DNA of 64,000 nt from Truepera sp. (GCA_965218435.1 CBDCKW010000009.1:3584001-3648000); one strand, 5' to 3'; positions 48,636 to 58,365 are shown, numbered from the stretch's first letter. Program-made: numbers and translations. The notes: generated by a model from the sequence alone, not told the origin.

Positions 48636-49787
48636 ATGCCCGCTGCACCCAAGCCCAACGGTTTGCGTGACCTGCCGCTGCCTCTCTGGTCGCTGTCGCA
48701 GGCTGCCGGACTCGTCACCTGGCTGACGGTCGGGGTTCCGCGGGGACTCGAGCGTCTCCAGGGGCCTGTTCCCGGCACGTTTAGTCTCTGGCTGGTCTGT
48801 TATCTGAGCTTCGGCGTGCTGTTCGCGCTCCTTTCCGACCCACGTTTTGACTCGTGGCTGCCTCACCGTAGTCTGTTGCCGCTACTTACGCTGTTGACCT
48901 TCGGTGTGATCGGCTTCGGCGAGGGCTACTGGCTGGGCGGCGTGCTGCTGATTATCACCGCCAGCTCCGCACCACATCTGCTCTCACCGCGCAACGCGGC
49001 CCTTTGGGTAGTTGGGCAAACGTCTATTATGTTGGTTCTTTTCCTGTTTTCTGGCGAAGCGGTAGACGCCCTCGTGCAAACGGCGCTCTACTTAGGCTTT
49101 CAACTCTTTGCCCTTTTTTCCACGCACGCGGCCCTTAGTGAAGCCGCCGCTAAAGAACGGATGGTGCGGCTGAACGCCGAGCTTCGGGCCACCCAGGAAC
49201 TTCTACGCGAAAGCAGCCGGATGGCCGAGCGGGTACGCCTCGCCCACGAACTCCATGACGTAATTGGGCATCACCTGACGGCGCTGAGCCTTAACTTAGA
49301 GGTCGCCAGTCACGTTGCTGAAGGCCGAGCGTTGACGCAGGTGAGAACCGCGCAGGCCATCTCGAAAACGCTGCTTACTGAAGTGCGCGGCGTGGTCAGC
49401 AGTATGCGTGAGCCTATTTGCCTAGACTTAGCTACCGCGCTGAGGCTCCTCAGCCGCGACATTCCGACGCCTCAAGTACATGTCACGGTTGCGCCTGATT
49501 TGGCGCTCGAGAACCCGGAACGCGCCCAGGTTATCTTGCGCTGCGCCCAAGAGGTCATTACCAACGCCGTCAAACACGCCGAGGCCAAAAATCTGTGGTT
49601 GCGGGTCACGCGAGCTGAACACGGTGTAACGCTCTACGCCCACGACGACGGGCGCGGTGCGGGCAGCTTTGCTTGCGGGAACGGCTTGACGGGAATGCAG
49701 GAGCGGTTAGAAACGCTTGGGGGACGGCTCGAGCTCCACCCCAACGCCGGTCGTGGTTTTGCCCTAACCGCCGCCCTACCCGAATGA
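48636..49787 (+). CDS. membrane sensor histidine kinase (HisKA_3, DesK/NarX-like)
   Basis: ERVRLAHELHDVIGH, QEVITNAVKHA, DDGRG, GNGLTGMQER; ATG 6 nt after TATACT. Confidence 0.93.
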   Translation: MPAAPKPNGLRDLPLPLWSLSQAAGLVTWLTVGVPRGLERLQGPVPGTFSLWLVCYLSFGVLFALLSDPRFDSWLPHRSLLPLLTLLTFGVIGFGEGYWLGGVLLIITASSAPHLLSPRNAALWVVGQTSIMLVLFLFSGEAVDALVQTALYLGFQLFALFSTHAALSEAAAKERMVRLNAELRATQELLRESSRMAERVRLAHELHDVIGHHLTALSLNLEVASHVAEGRALTQVRTAQAISKTLLTEVRGVVSSMREPICLDLATALRLLSRDIPTPQVHVTVAPDLALENPERAQVILRCAQEVITNAVKHAEAKNLWLRVTRAEHGVTLYAHDDGRGAGSFACGNGLTGMQERLETLGGRLELHPNAGRGFALTAALPE

Positions 49788-49794
49788 CCCCAAG

Positions 49795-50424
49795 ATGATT
49801 CGCGTCCTCCTGGTTGACGACCAAACGCTGGTACGGCAAGGGATTCGGAGCCTGTTAGAACTCTCGCAAACGGTAACTGTGATCGGCGAAGCTGCCGATG
49901 GGGAAGAGGCGCTCGTACTTATCGGCAGAGTAAAGCCCGACGTGGTGCTGCTCGATTTGCGGATGCCCAAGTTGGACGGGTTGGGCGTTTTACGGGCACT
50001 TGCTCCGGACGCGCCGCCCACACTGATTCTGACCACCTTCGACGATGATGAATCAGTTTTAGAGGGCTTGCGGCTCGGCGCAAAAGGCTACCTCTTAAAA
50101 GACGTGTCGCTGACGCAGCTGTTAGACGCGGTTGAAACCCTCGCTATGGGTAAAACACTGGTGCAACCTGCTGTGACCGAACGGCTTTTACGGGGTTTGC
50201 AAAAAACCACTTATCCAAGTCTCGAGGCTCCCGAGGAGCTGACCAAGCGTGAGCTCGAGGTTGTGCGCCTTTTAGCAGGTGGGTACAGTAACAAAAAGAT
50301 TGCCGGGGCGCTGGGGATGAGTGAGGGCACCGTAAAAAATCACGTATCGTCGGTGCTTTCTAAGCTGGGGGTACGCGACCGGACGCGGGCGGTTTTACGG
50401 GCGCTCGAGCTGGGTTACGTCTAG
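49795..50424 (+). CDS. NarL/LuxR family response regulator
   Basis: LVDDQ, LLDLRMP, LTTFD; LTKRELEV...TVKNHVSSVLSKLG HTH. Confidence 0.95.
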   Translation: MIRVLLVDDQTLVRQGIRSLLELSQTVTVIGEAADGEEALVLIGRVKPDVVLLDLRMPKLDGLGVLRALAPDAPPTLILTTFDDDESVLEGLRLGAKGYLLKDVSLTQLLDAVETLAMGKTLVQPAVTERLLRGLQKTTYPSLEAPEELTKRELEVVRLLAGGYSNKKIAGALGMSEGTVKNHVSSVLSKLGVRDRTRAVLRALELGYV

Positions 50425-50483
50425 GGTTCATCGTCGTTGCTCGCCAAGTAAAATCCACGCCGCAGCCAACCGTAAACTATGAC

Positions 50484-51265
50484 ATGGTTATAAAAACAGT
50501 AGACGCGGTGCTGAAGCGGCTCGAGGCGCACCCGGACGTCACAGGCTTGATTCGCTACGGTTCTGATCATCAGGAAGACAACTACAGCGTCGGGGATTAC
50601 GACCTCTTTGTGGTGTTCTCTAACTGGCAGCCTCCGGTTGAGAGCCTTCATTTTAGGGTTGGGCACACGCCGGTAGACCTCAACTTGATAACTTTAGAAA
50701 CGTTGGCAGGGTTAGCGCCCGCTTTTACCTTTCCACAACTTGCCTTGGGAGACGCTGCGCTCATCTTTGACCGGACTGAGCAGGTAGAGGCCGCTCTAAC
50801 ACGGCTTAAAGACATGTTTTTGCAGCACGTCCCGAACCTCTCTCGGCGCACGCTGTTGCATTTATGCGTCACGGTCATCGGCACCTGCTCGAGAAGGTGC
50901 GGGGGCGACTCGAGAGTGAACCGTTACTGGCGAACTTTGTGCTCGGCGTCAACCCTTACTGGCTGATGGAGAGCTATTTTCGGGTGAGACAGCTGCCCTT
51001 TAGAGGTGAAAAGCACGCGCTCGAGTATTGGCGTCAGCATGAGCTTGACATCTACGGTACGCTCGAGGCGTTCTACCAAACAGCTGATTTGAAGGAACGG
51101 TTTGGTCTCACTGAGCGTCTGACGGAACTGGTGCTCGCGCCCGTGGGGGGTGCTTGGCAACCAGCTGAGGTTCTTGCTTTTGGTCACGGTCAGAGCGAGA
51201 ACGACAAGCTGGCTGAAAAGGGCGTAGAGGTCTACCACGAGCTTTTTGGGGAAGCGTCGGTTTGA
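50484..51265 (+). pseudogene. nucleotidyltransferase-domain protein, frameshifted
   Basis: YGS...GDYDLFVV Pol-beta motif; the helical C-terminal part (EPLSAHAVAFMRHG...) continues in another frame; break at CCC 50831-50833. Confidence 0.65.
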
Positions 51266-51314
51266 AAAGAGGTTGACGAACTGAGAGGTAAACGGCCTAG
51301 CACTGCGGTTTCTA

Positions 51315-51423
51315 GAACCTATCTCAAAAATGGCTTTCTAGCGTGAGAGCGTCCTATCTTACTCGCCTAGCTCGGTCAAACCCTCACCGGGCTCCGCCCG
51401 CCAAGGGTTTTTGAGATGGCTTC
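51315..51423 (-). mobile_element. MITE-like element, copy 2, intact terminal inverted repeats
   Basis: TA|GAACCTATCTCAAAAA ... TTTTTGAGATGGCTTC|TA: 16-bp imperfect TIRs, TA on both flanks, non-coding. Confidence 0.75.
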
Positions 51424-51474
51424 TAAACTAAATGTCACGCTCGAGCCGCCTATGTCCAGCAGTAAAATGTGGGT

Positions 51475-52359
51475 GTGGCCACGACCGTAGACAACTTAGC
51501 CGAAACATTTTCAGCGTTTTGGGCGCTGGCACAAGACAAGCCGGTCTCTGAGCAAGTTTTACTGTGGGAAACGTACTACGCTGAACCTCACCGTAAAATC
51601 CTGAACTACGAAAAGTGCTACAACGACCTGAGCGTCCCTTGGGAGGAAGTGTTCGCTCGCTACCCGGAGGTCATTCCAAATATCCGCAGTGTTTCAGCCG
51701 GTGCTGAAGGTGCCATTACCGAGTCCGTCAAAAAATGCGCGGCTGTCCTAAATACTGCCGAACCGTCCGGGCGGCATATCGTGCTGGTCGGGCGCTTTAT
51801 CTCGAACGCTTGGGCTGACCTGTTTGAAGGCGCACCGACGTGTTTTTACGCGCTCGAGCTCATCCCTGACGTAGACACGTTGGCGCTTATGGCCGTCCAC
51901 GAAACGGCGCACACGCTGCACTTTCAGCTGAGCGATCTACCCGTTGACGGTAAGACGGTCGCAGAGACGTTGCTGCTCGAGGGCCTCGCTACCATGACCT
52001 CAGCGGTTGCCGTACCGGGGCTTAAAGATGAAGTCTATCTCTGGCCGGGGTATCCTTATACGACGGCGGGCCAAAAGGTCGAGGCGTGGTTGGCTGACTG
52101 CACGGCGCAACGATCTGAGTTGGTTCGGCAGTTGTCAGATGACCTGGACAAAACCGACTCGGCGACGCTTGGGCGTTACTTTAGTGCGGGGGCCAAAGAT
52201 CGGCGTCCCCAGACGCCAGTAAGAGCCGGTTACGCTGTCGGCTACTGGTTGGTGCGACACCTATGTCAGCACCGTCAGCACCGTAAACTGAGCGACTTGG
52301 CGCGTTGGCCGAGGGAGCGTGTAAACCGCGAAGTGAGGCGGGCACTGTGCAAAACTTAG
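51475..52359 (+). CDS. DUF2268-like putative Zn-dependent protease
   Basis: HETAH zincin motif, EGLA, GYAVGY; GTG 51475 lies 6 nt after TAAAAT (ORF track start 51469). Confidence 0.75.
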   Translation: MATTVDNLAETFSAFWALAQDKPVSEQVLLWETYYAEPHRKILNYEKCYNDLSVPWEEVFARYPEVIPNIRSVSAGAEGAITESVKKCAAVLNTAEPSGRHIVLVGRFISNAWADLFEGAPTCFYALELIPDVDTLALMAVHETAHTLHFQLSDLPVDGKTVAETLLLEGLATMTSAVAVPGLKDEVYLWPGYPYTTAGQKVEAWLADCTAQRSELVRQLSDDLDKTDSATLGRYFSAGAKDRRPQTPVRAGYAVGYWLVRHLCQHRQHRKLSDLARWPRERVNREVRRALCKT

Positions 52360-52539
52360 CTCACGAAAATTCCATAAGGGTCACCGGAGTAGGATTTTAT
52401 ACACCGTGCAAGCTGCGCTCGGTCACAGACAAAATGACTGTAGAGCAAAACGACTGCGAAGCAAAACGACTGCGAAGTAGGTCACACCATACGAAGGTTG
52501 AGGGGCAATTTTGGCCAGCTCGTTAAACCGGTTCGGGCT

Positions 52540-53295
52540 TTATTCGTCGGGTCCCGCAGGTTCGGGGGTTTCCAACCCTGCTTGCGCCGCATCCTTGTAA
52601 TACGCGTCGATTTCTCCTGGAATATCCGCAGTTTCGTCCACGACCTTAAAGAGCTTTAGGTCTTGCTCACGAATTGTGCCGTGCTTTAACAGCGTTCCTT
52701 GAAGCCAATCGAGTAGCCCCTGCCAGTAGCTGCGACCGACTAAATAGACCGGAAACGGCAAGATTTTTTTGGTTTGAATCAGCGTCAAGGCTTCAAACAG
52801 CTCGTCAATGGTGCCAAAACCGCCCGGAAACACTACAAACGCCGACGAGTATTTGACCAGCATCACCTTACGGACAAAAAAGTAGCGAAACTTGACCTCG
52901 TCGGTCTGGTACGGGTTCGGGTCTTGCTCGAAGGGCAGATCTACATTGAGGCCGATGCTGCGCCCGCCCGCCTCATACGCGCCCTTATTGCCCGCTTCCA
53001 TCAAACCGGGGCCGCCGCCGGTAATCACTGTGTAGCCGTCCTCAGCTAAAAGTTTGGCGAGCGCCTCGGCCTGCTCGTAGTAAGGGTTGCCCGCACTGAG
53101 CCGCGCCGAGCCAAAGATAGTGACCGCTTTGGTCACGCCGCTCATCTCTTCAAAGCCCTGGACGAACTCGCCCATGATGCGGAAAAGCCGCCACGACTCG
53201 CCCGCGAGCGCGTCAATCACGTACTGCTGTTCGGGTCTGCCCACGATAGGTGTGGCTTGGCTTCTGGGGTTGTCCGGTTTTAGATCGTCAGGCAT
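52540..53295 (-). CDS. LOG family (TIGR00730 Rossmann-fold) nucleotide phosphoribohydrolase
   Basis: TGGGPGLMEAGN, YFFVRK, PGGFGTIDE. Confidence 0.93.
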   Translation of the reverse strand: MPDDLKPDNPRSQATPIVGRPEQQYVIDALAGESWRLFRIMGEFVQGFEEMSGVTKAVTIFGSARLSAGNPYYEQAEALAKLLAEDGYTVITGGGPGLMEAGNKGAYEAGGRSIGLNVDLPFEQDPNPYQTDEVKFRYFFVRKVMLVKYSSAFVVFPGGFGTIDELFEALTLIQTKKILPFPVYLVGRSYWQGLLDWLQGTLLKHGTIREQDLKLFKVVDETADIPGEIDAYYKDAAQAGLETPEPAGPDE

Positions 53296-53337
53296 CCGCT
53301 AGTTTAACGCTTATGTGCGCGTCACGCTTATTCAAAG

Positions 53338-53964
53338 TCAATCCGCGCCGACCGGATAGCGGCGGCTCCCGACGACCGCAATAATTACCAGCAGTAGATA
53401 AAACCCGCCGACGAGCCCCGCGACGGCCCAACCGGGAACCGAGCCGATGGCGGCTTCAGTGAGTGCGCCCCGGCTGTCTTGATGTGCGAGCGTCAGTTTG
53501 CCCCACCACGCCAAGACGAGCGCGGTATAAACCCATAAATAGGTGCGCCGAAGCCGCCAGCCGAGCGCGGCAAGTTGTGACACGGGACTTTCGGGTTCGC
53601 GCAGGTCGTCAAGCAGCGTTTGCTCCCAATTTGGTTCGGGGGTGCCGCCTAACGCTTGGGCAAAAAAGCCCAGCTCGAGCAGCCGTACCCGCTGATGCGC
53701 CGTCTCATAGATACGAAACCGGCCCGCCTCGAGGTTCAAAAAAAATAGTGTCAGTACCATCGCCAAGATAAAGACCACGTGCGACACCGCCGGGTTACCG
53801 AGAGCAAACGTCACAATTCCGGCGGTTGTCACCACCGCCCAGTTCGTCGTTGTATCCAAACGCACTCGGTACGAGGTCATCCGGCCCAACTCGCCGCGGT
53901 AGAGGTGAATCAGGCTGTTCGTCTGGTTGCTGTCCCTCTGGCTTTGGCCATCATCCTGAGTCAC
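53338..53964 (-). CDS. DUF2270 family membrane protein
   Basis: HLYRGELGRM..YRVRLDTTTNWAV, RLRRTY; GTG 53964. Confidence 0.85.
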   Translation of the reverse strand: MTQDDGQSQRDSNQTNSLIHLYRGELGRMTSYRVRLDTTTNWAVVTTAGIVTFALGNPAVSHVVFILAMVLTLFFLNLEAGRFRIYETAHQRVRLLELGFFAQALGGTPEPNWEQTLLDDLREPESPVSQLAALGWRLRRTYLWVYTALVLAWWGKLTLAHQDSRGALTEAAIGSVPGWAVAGLVGGFYLLLVIIAVVGSRRYPVGAD

Positions 53965-54030
53965 GCCTCTCAGTATGCCCCGTTTTGAGTTTTTTGGCAC
54001 GTTTGCACGGGCTTGCAGTAAAATATCCGG

Positions 54031-54474
54031 GTGAGAGACCGGACCCGTTACACCTACACCATCCGGGTTCAACCGGATGAAATTGACGAACTCGGGCATG
54101 TGAATAACACCGTGTACCTGCGTTACGCCGAAGACGTGGCGCGGGCACATTCGGACGCGCTCGGGTTGACCTTGAGCGTTTACAAATCGCTCGGCGTGGT
54201 GCCGGTGGTGCGGCGGCACACGATCACCTACTATCAGAGCGCCGTTTTAGGGGATGAAGTGAGCGTCAGCACGCACGTTGAGGCGTTTAAGGGCGCACGG
54301 GCGGGCCGGACGACGAGGCTCGAGCGTCAAGGCGGTGTGCTCCTCGCCGAAGTTGAAACCGAATGGGTGTGGATCACAGTTGAGCGCGGTCGTCCGACCA
54401 GAGTCCCGCAAAAGGTGCTCGAGGCGTTCGGCTTAGCGAACGAAGTCCATACCGGCGAGATTAAGGGTTGGTGA
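54031..54474 (+). CDS. acyl-CoA thioesterase (4HBT/hot-dog fold)
   Basis: IDELGHVNNTVYLRY. Confidence 0.9.
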   Translation: MRDRTRYTYTIRVQPDEIDELGHVNNTVYLRYAEDVARAHSDALGLTLSVYKSLGVVPVVRRHTITYYQSAVLGDEVSVSTHVEAFKGARAGRTTRLERQGGVLLAEVETEWVWITVERGRPTRVPQKVLEAFGLANEVHTGEIKGW

Positions 54475-54532
54475 AAGCTTCCTCGCAGACCGTTTGTTAA
54501 GCTGACGGCAGCCTAAACCGGGAGGTTGCCTT

Positions 54533-55192
54533 TTGCGCCGCGTTTACGTTTTGCTTTTTTTCTGCCTAACTTCGCTGAGCGCCTGTGCGCCGGTCATCTT
54601 GGGCCGTACCCCGACGCCCGCGCCGGTCGGTCAAACCGAGGTCTTTGCCGCAGCGGGGGTGCCCCTTACCCTGACACCGCTGACGTGTGGTGGTACCGCT
54701 TACGGCTCAGCGGGTTGTCTCTCGAACGGACCTATCGGCCCGGACTACTGGCCTAAAGCCGCGCCGGTTCATATCATGAGTGCTTGGGGCGTCTCTGAGG
54801 CTAGAGAAGTCAATACGACCTTTAGCCTGTCGCTTAACCCGGGGTTTCGCTACGGCGGTAAAACGCTTATCAATGAGGCTCCTAAGCTCGCCTTCGATTA
54901 CGGCGTTTCCCTTTACGCGTTTAATCTCGGCTTAGACGCCGGTTTACTCGCCAGTGTGCCCTTTGAAGGGGGTGAACTTTACGGCGCTTTGCGCGGGTTT
55001 GGTACGCTGGTCTGGTCGTATGACCCGAGTTTAGCGGCTTCGGTCACGCTCGGCACGTTGGCTTTTATCGAGGGGCGAAAAACATTTTTTGAACTGACCT
55101 TAGCAACCGGCAGTTTTAATGAGGCCGGTCCCGCAGCGGGTGTCGCACCCGTAGGGTTTACGCTGACTCCGGCGGTAGGGTTTTATTTTTAG
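54533..55192 (+). CDS. hypothetical lipoprotein, paralogue A
   Basis: LSAC lipobox; alternating beta-strand pattern; ends AVGFYF. Confidence 0.7.
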   Translation: MRRVYVLLFFCLTSLSACAPVILGRTPTPAPVGQTEVFAAAGVPLTLTPLTCGGTAYGSAGCLSNGPIGPDYWPKAAPVHIMSAWGVSEAREVNTTFSLSLNPGFRYGGKTLINEAPKLAFDYGVSLYAFNLGLDAGLLASVPFEGGELYGALRGFGTLVWSYDPSLAASVTLGTLAFIEGRKTFFELTLATGSFNEAGPAAGVAPVGFTLTPAVGFYF

Positions 55193-55243
55193 CTCTCTAG
55201 CTTTGCTTTTTAAGCTGCTATGCTGCACCTTAAGAGGGAGTTT

Positions 55244-55966
55244 ATGTCACACACTACGCGAGTTGTAGGGGTCACTATTTTGTTTTTTGCTTTAAGTGCG
55301 TGTGCGCCGGTGATGCTAGGCCGCACGCCGACACCGGCTGCTCCGGGCATGACCAAAATAAGTGCCAGCGCGAGTTATCCGGTTGGGTTGACCGAAGCAC
55401 TTACACCGGTTGAAACCGGCTTGGTCAGCTTTACTGACCCGGCCTATTTGCCCCTCCCTCTACCATTAGACCTCCGAATTGCTTACGGCAGAAGTGAAAC
55501 GCTCGAGACTAACGTCGAGCTGATGGTTTCTCCTGGGATCGAAGGTTCTGTAACGACTGGCAGTGGAGACGACTACGGGGTCTATAACTTCGGTTTACGC
55601 TACGGTGTCAAAAACCGATTTGAAGAGAGTCCTATCGAACTCGCCTATGATTTTGGCGGTTCGGTCTATCCGCTCAGCCTTACCGCCGGCCTCGACGGAG
55701 GAACCTTGGCAGCGGTACCTCTCGGTGACGCGAAACTTTACGGTGGATTGCGCGGCTTCGTCGGGATTTTTCCGGGAATCGGCGCAGCGGCGCTCACAGT
55801 GGGGGGCGAGGTTCCGCTCGAGAACGCCCAAAGTGTGATGCTCGAGCTGACCCTGCTGGTCAACCGTTACAACGGTGCTGCCTATACCCTTCCCTTAGAG
55901 CCCAACCCGCCTGTACCTCAGCCCATCGGTTTTACCCTGGTTCCGGCGGTCACCTTTAACTTTTAA
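55244..55966 (+). CDS. hypothetical lipoprotein, paralogue B
   Basis: GAGGGAG RBS; LSAC lipobox; shares motifs with paralogue A; ends AVTFNF. Confidence 0.72.
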   Translation: MSHTTRVVGVTILFFALSACAPVMLGRTPTPAAPGMTKISASASYPVGLTEALTPVETGLVSFTDPAYLPLPLPLDLRIAYGRSETLETNVELMVSPGIEGSVTTGSGDDYGVYNFGLRYGVKNRFEESPIELAYDFGGSVYPLSLTAGLDGGTLAAVPLGDAKLYGGLRGFVGIFPGIGAAALTVGGEVPLENAQSVMLELTLLVNRYNGAAYTLPLEPNPPVPQPIGFTLVPAVTFNF

Positions 55967-58263
55967 CTCCGCAAATACGCCACCGTCACGCCGTGCCCAC
56001 CTTCATAAGGCGGCGCGTCTTCATAGCGTTCGACGCGTTTTTCATTTTTGAGGTAGCTCCGCACCGCGTCGCGCAGCGTACCGGTACCTTTGCCGTGCAA
56101 GATGCGGATACGCGGCGATTTGAGGGCGTGGGCCTCGAGCACAAAGTCCCGCACCTTTTCTAAAGCCGGTTCCACCCGTTCAGCCCGGATGTTGAGTTCA
56201 TCGTCAAACCGGGTCGGGGCGGTGTAACCGGTTGGCTTTTTGGCCTTTTTGGGTTGTCCCTGCAGCTTGACGCCGCTTTTGGGCACCGTGACCTTGAGCA
56301 GTCCGAGCTGGACGACAACTTCGTTGCTGCGCACTTCGACGACCGGCCCCTTAGCTCCGTAAGATTCGACATAGACCTCGGCACCAGGCTCGAGCGCCGG
56401 TTTTTTGCGCTCTGACGGGAGCGGTATCTTCTGCGCCGCCGGGATTTTCGGTTTGACGTTGCGCCGGAGTTGTTGCAGTTCGTTGAGCGCCTGGGAACGC
56501 CCTTCGGGGCTATTCGTCGCGGTGCGTTTGAGTTCTTTGGCGCGTTGCAAGGTGTCTTGTAAGAGTTCGTCGGCTCGTTCTGCAGCGGCAGCTAAGACTT
56601 CGTTTTCACGGCTCCGCAAGGTGGCGATCTGTTCCCGCAACACAGCGGCTTCACGGGCAGCTTCGTCGCGGTCGTTCTCCAGCTGGGCTTGGCCTTGCGC
56701 CAGTTCGTCGCGCTGACGCTCCAAAGTTTGGAGGAGGGTCTCGAGCGCGGCCCCTTCCGGCCCCAAAATCTCTTGTGCCCGTAAAAGGAGTTCATCGGCA
56801 AGCCCCAACCGTTCAGCAATGGCGAGCGCGTAAGAGCGGCCCGGTTGCCCGACGACGAGTTCGAAGCGAGGAGCCAAGTTCGCCACATCGAAACTCATCG
56901 CGGCGTTTTGCACACCGGTCGTCTCCGAGGCGAAGACTTTGAGGGGCGCTAAATGTGTGTTGATGAGGCCGCGTGCGCCACTCTTGAGAATGCGCTCGAG
57001 GATCGCCCGTGACAGCGCCGCACCTTCATCCGGGTCGGTGCCGGAACCGAGTTCGTCCACCAACACCAGCACGTCCGGCGCGGCCCGCTCCGCAATCGCT
57101 TTGAGGTTTTTAAGATGCCCCGCGTAGGTACTCAGGCTCGCTTCGATGCTCTGCTCATCGCCGATGTCGGTCAGTAGCGCCGTAAAGTGCGGCAGCGTCG
57201 GCTTGTCCTCCGCTGCGACAAAAAGCCCGCTGTGCGCCATTACCGCCGCCAGCCCGAGCGTCTTAAGTAAAACGGTTTTCCCCCCGGCGTTCGGGCCGGT
57301 GACAATCAGCAGGCGGTGGTCGTCGTCTAACGCAACGGTGTTCGGCACGCAGCCTTTAATCAGCGGGTGACAGGCGCGGGTCAGCTTGACCGTGCCGTCT
57401 TTGCTGAGTGTTGGTTGCGTAAGCTGCCAGTCTCTTGCCAGCCGCGCACTCGCCGCCACCAAATCCAGCTCAGCCAAGGTTTCTAACGTCTCATCTAGTC
57501 CCGGTTCAAACGCCAACCGCTGCCCGAGCGAGATCAAGATGCGCCGCACCTCGTCGCGCTCTTCAAACTCTAAAAGTGCCAGCTCATTGTTCATCGGGAC
57601 GACCGACTGTGGTTCGACAAACACCGTTGCGCCTGAGTCCGACGTATCTAAAACGATACCGGGTACCCGCGACTGCGACGACGCCCGTACCGGAATCACG
57701 TACCGGTCGCGCCGCAAGGTGATGATGTTGTCCTGGACGAATTCAGCGTAGCGGCCCAGCAGTTCTTGCAAGCGGTCGCGGATACGGCCCCGCAGCGGAT
57801 TTAGGCGGCGGCGAATCTCGCGGAGTTTGGGCGTCGCGTCGTCGCGGACGCGCCCGTCCGGGTCGAGCTGTTCGCGCACCAGTCGCAAAGCCCCGTCAAA
57901 ACTGCCGAGCTGCCGTGCGAGTTCAGACAGTGCTGGACGCTCCGAAGCTAAGATGCTCCGTTTGATGGTGCCGGACGCGTCCATCGTGTAGGCGATCTCG
58001 AGGAGCTCGAGCCCCTCCAACACCCGCCCGTCCCGTACCCGCTCTAAGAGAGGCCGGATGTCTTGAACGCCGCCGAGTGACAAGTCAGACCCGGAGAGTG
58101 CCTCAGCCGTCCGCGTCCACGCCTGTTCGACCTCCACGCGGCTCATCTCCGGGGAGACGGCGAGCACCCGCTCTATGCCCAAGGATGAGGCGGCGCGTTC
58201 GGCTAGGGCCGCTTGGATGCGGGGGAAGTCGAGTTTTTGCAGCGTGGTGGAGGTGACGTTCAC
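55963..58263 (-). CDS. mutS2: endonuclease MutS2
   Basis: TGPNAGGKT, DIGDEQSIEASLSTY, DELGSGTDP, C-terminal Smr ILHGKGTG. Confidence 0.96.
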   Translation of the reverse strand: MNVTSTTLQKLDFPRIQAALAERAASSLGIERVLAVSPEMSRVEVEQAWTRTAEALSGSDLSLGGVQDIRPLLERVRDGRVLEGLELLEIAYTMDASGTIKRSILASERPALSELARQLGSFDGALRLVREQLDPDGRVRDDATPKLREIRRRLNPLRGRIRDRLQELLGRYAEFVQDNIITLRRDRYVIPVRASSQSRVPGIVLDTSDSGATVFVEPQSVVPMNNELALLEFEERDEVRRILISLGQRLAFEPGLDETLETLAELDLVAASARLARDWQLTQPTLSKDGTVKLTRACHPLIKGCVPNTVALDDDHRLLIVTGPNAGGKTVLLKTLGLAAVMAHSGLFVAAEDKPTLPHFTALLTDIGDEQSIEASLSTYAGHLKNLKAIAERAAPDVLVLVDELGSGTDPDEGAALSRAILERILKSGARGLINTHLAPLKVFASETTGVQNAAMSFDVANLAPRFELVVGQPGRSYALAIAERLGLADELLLRAQEILGPEGAALETLLQTLERQRDELAQGQAQLENDRDEAAREAAVLREQIATLRSRENEVLAAAAERADELLQDTLQRAKELKRTATNSPEGRSQALNELQQLRRNVKPKIPAAQKIPLPSERKKPALEPGAEVYVESYGAKGPVVEVRSNEVVVQLGLLKVTVPKSGVKLQGQPKKAKKPTGYTAPTRFDDELNIRAERVEPALEKVRDFVLEAHALKSPRIRILHGKGTGTLRDAVRSYLKNEKRVERYEDAPPYEGGHGVTVAYLRS

Positions 58264-58365
58264 AAAGGTAAATTATACGGGTTTAGACGCAAGAAACTAC
58301 ACCACGAGCAAACATTGCTTATGGCCTCAAAAAAATGTTCAGTTAATAGCTTTCAGTAGGCTAAT

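Noticed and set aside
48516..48866. N-terminal extension of the DUF2306 ORF (likewise 53965-54219 for DUF2270)
   Set aside because: Overlaps the divergent kinase (or thioesterase) gene; better starts exist downstream
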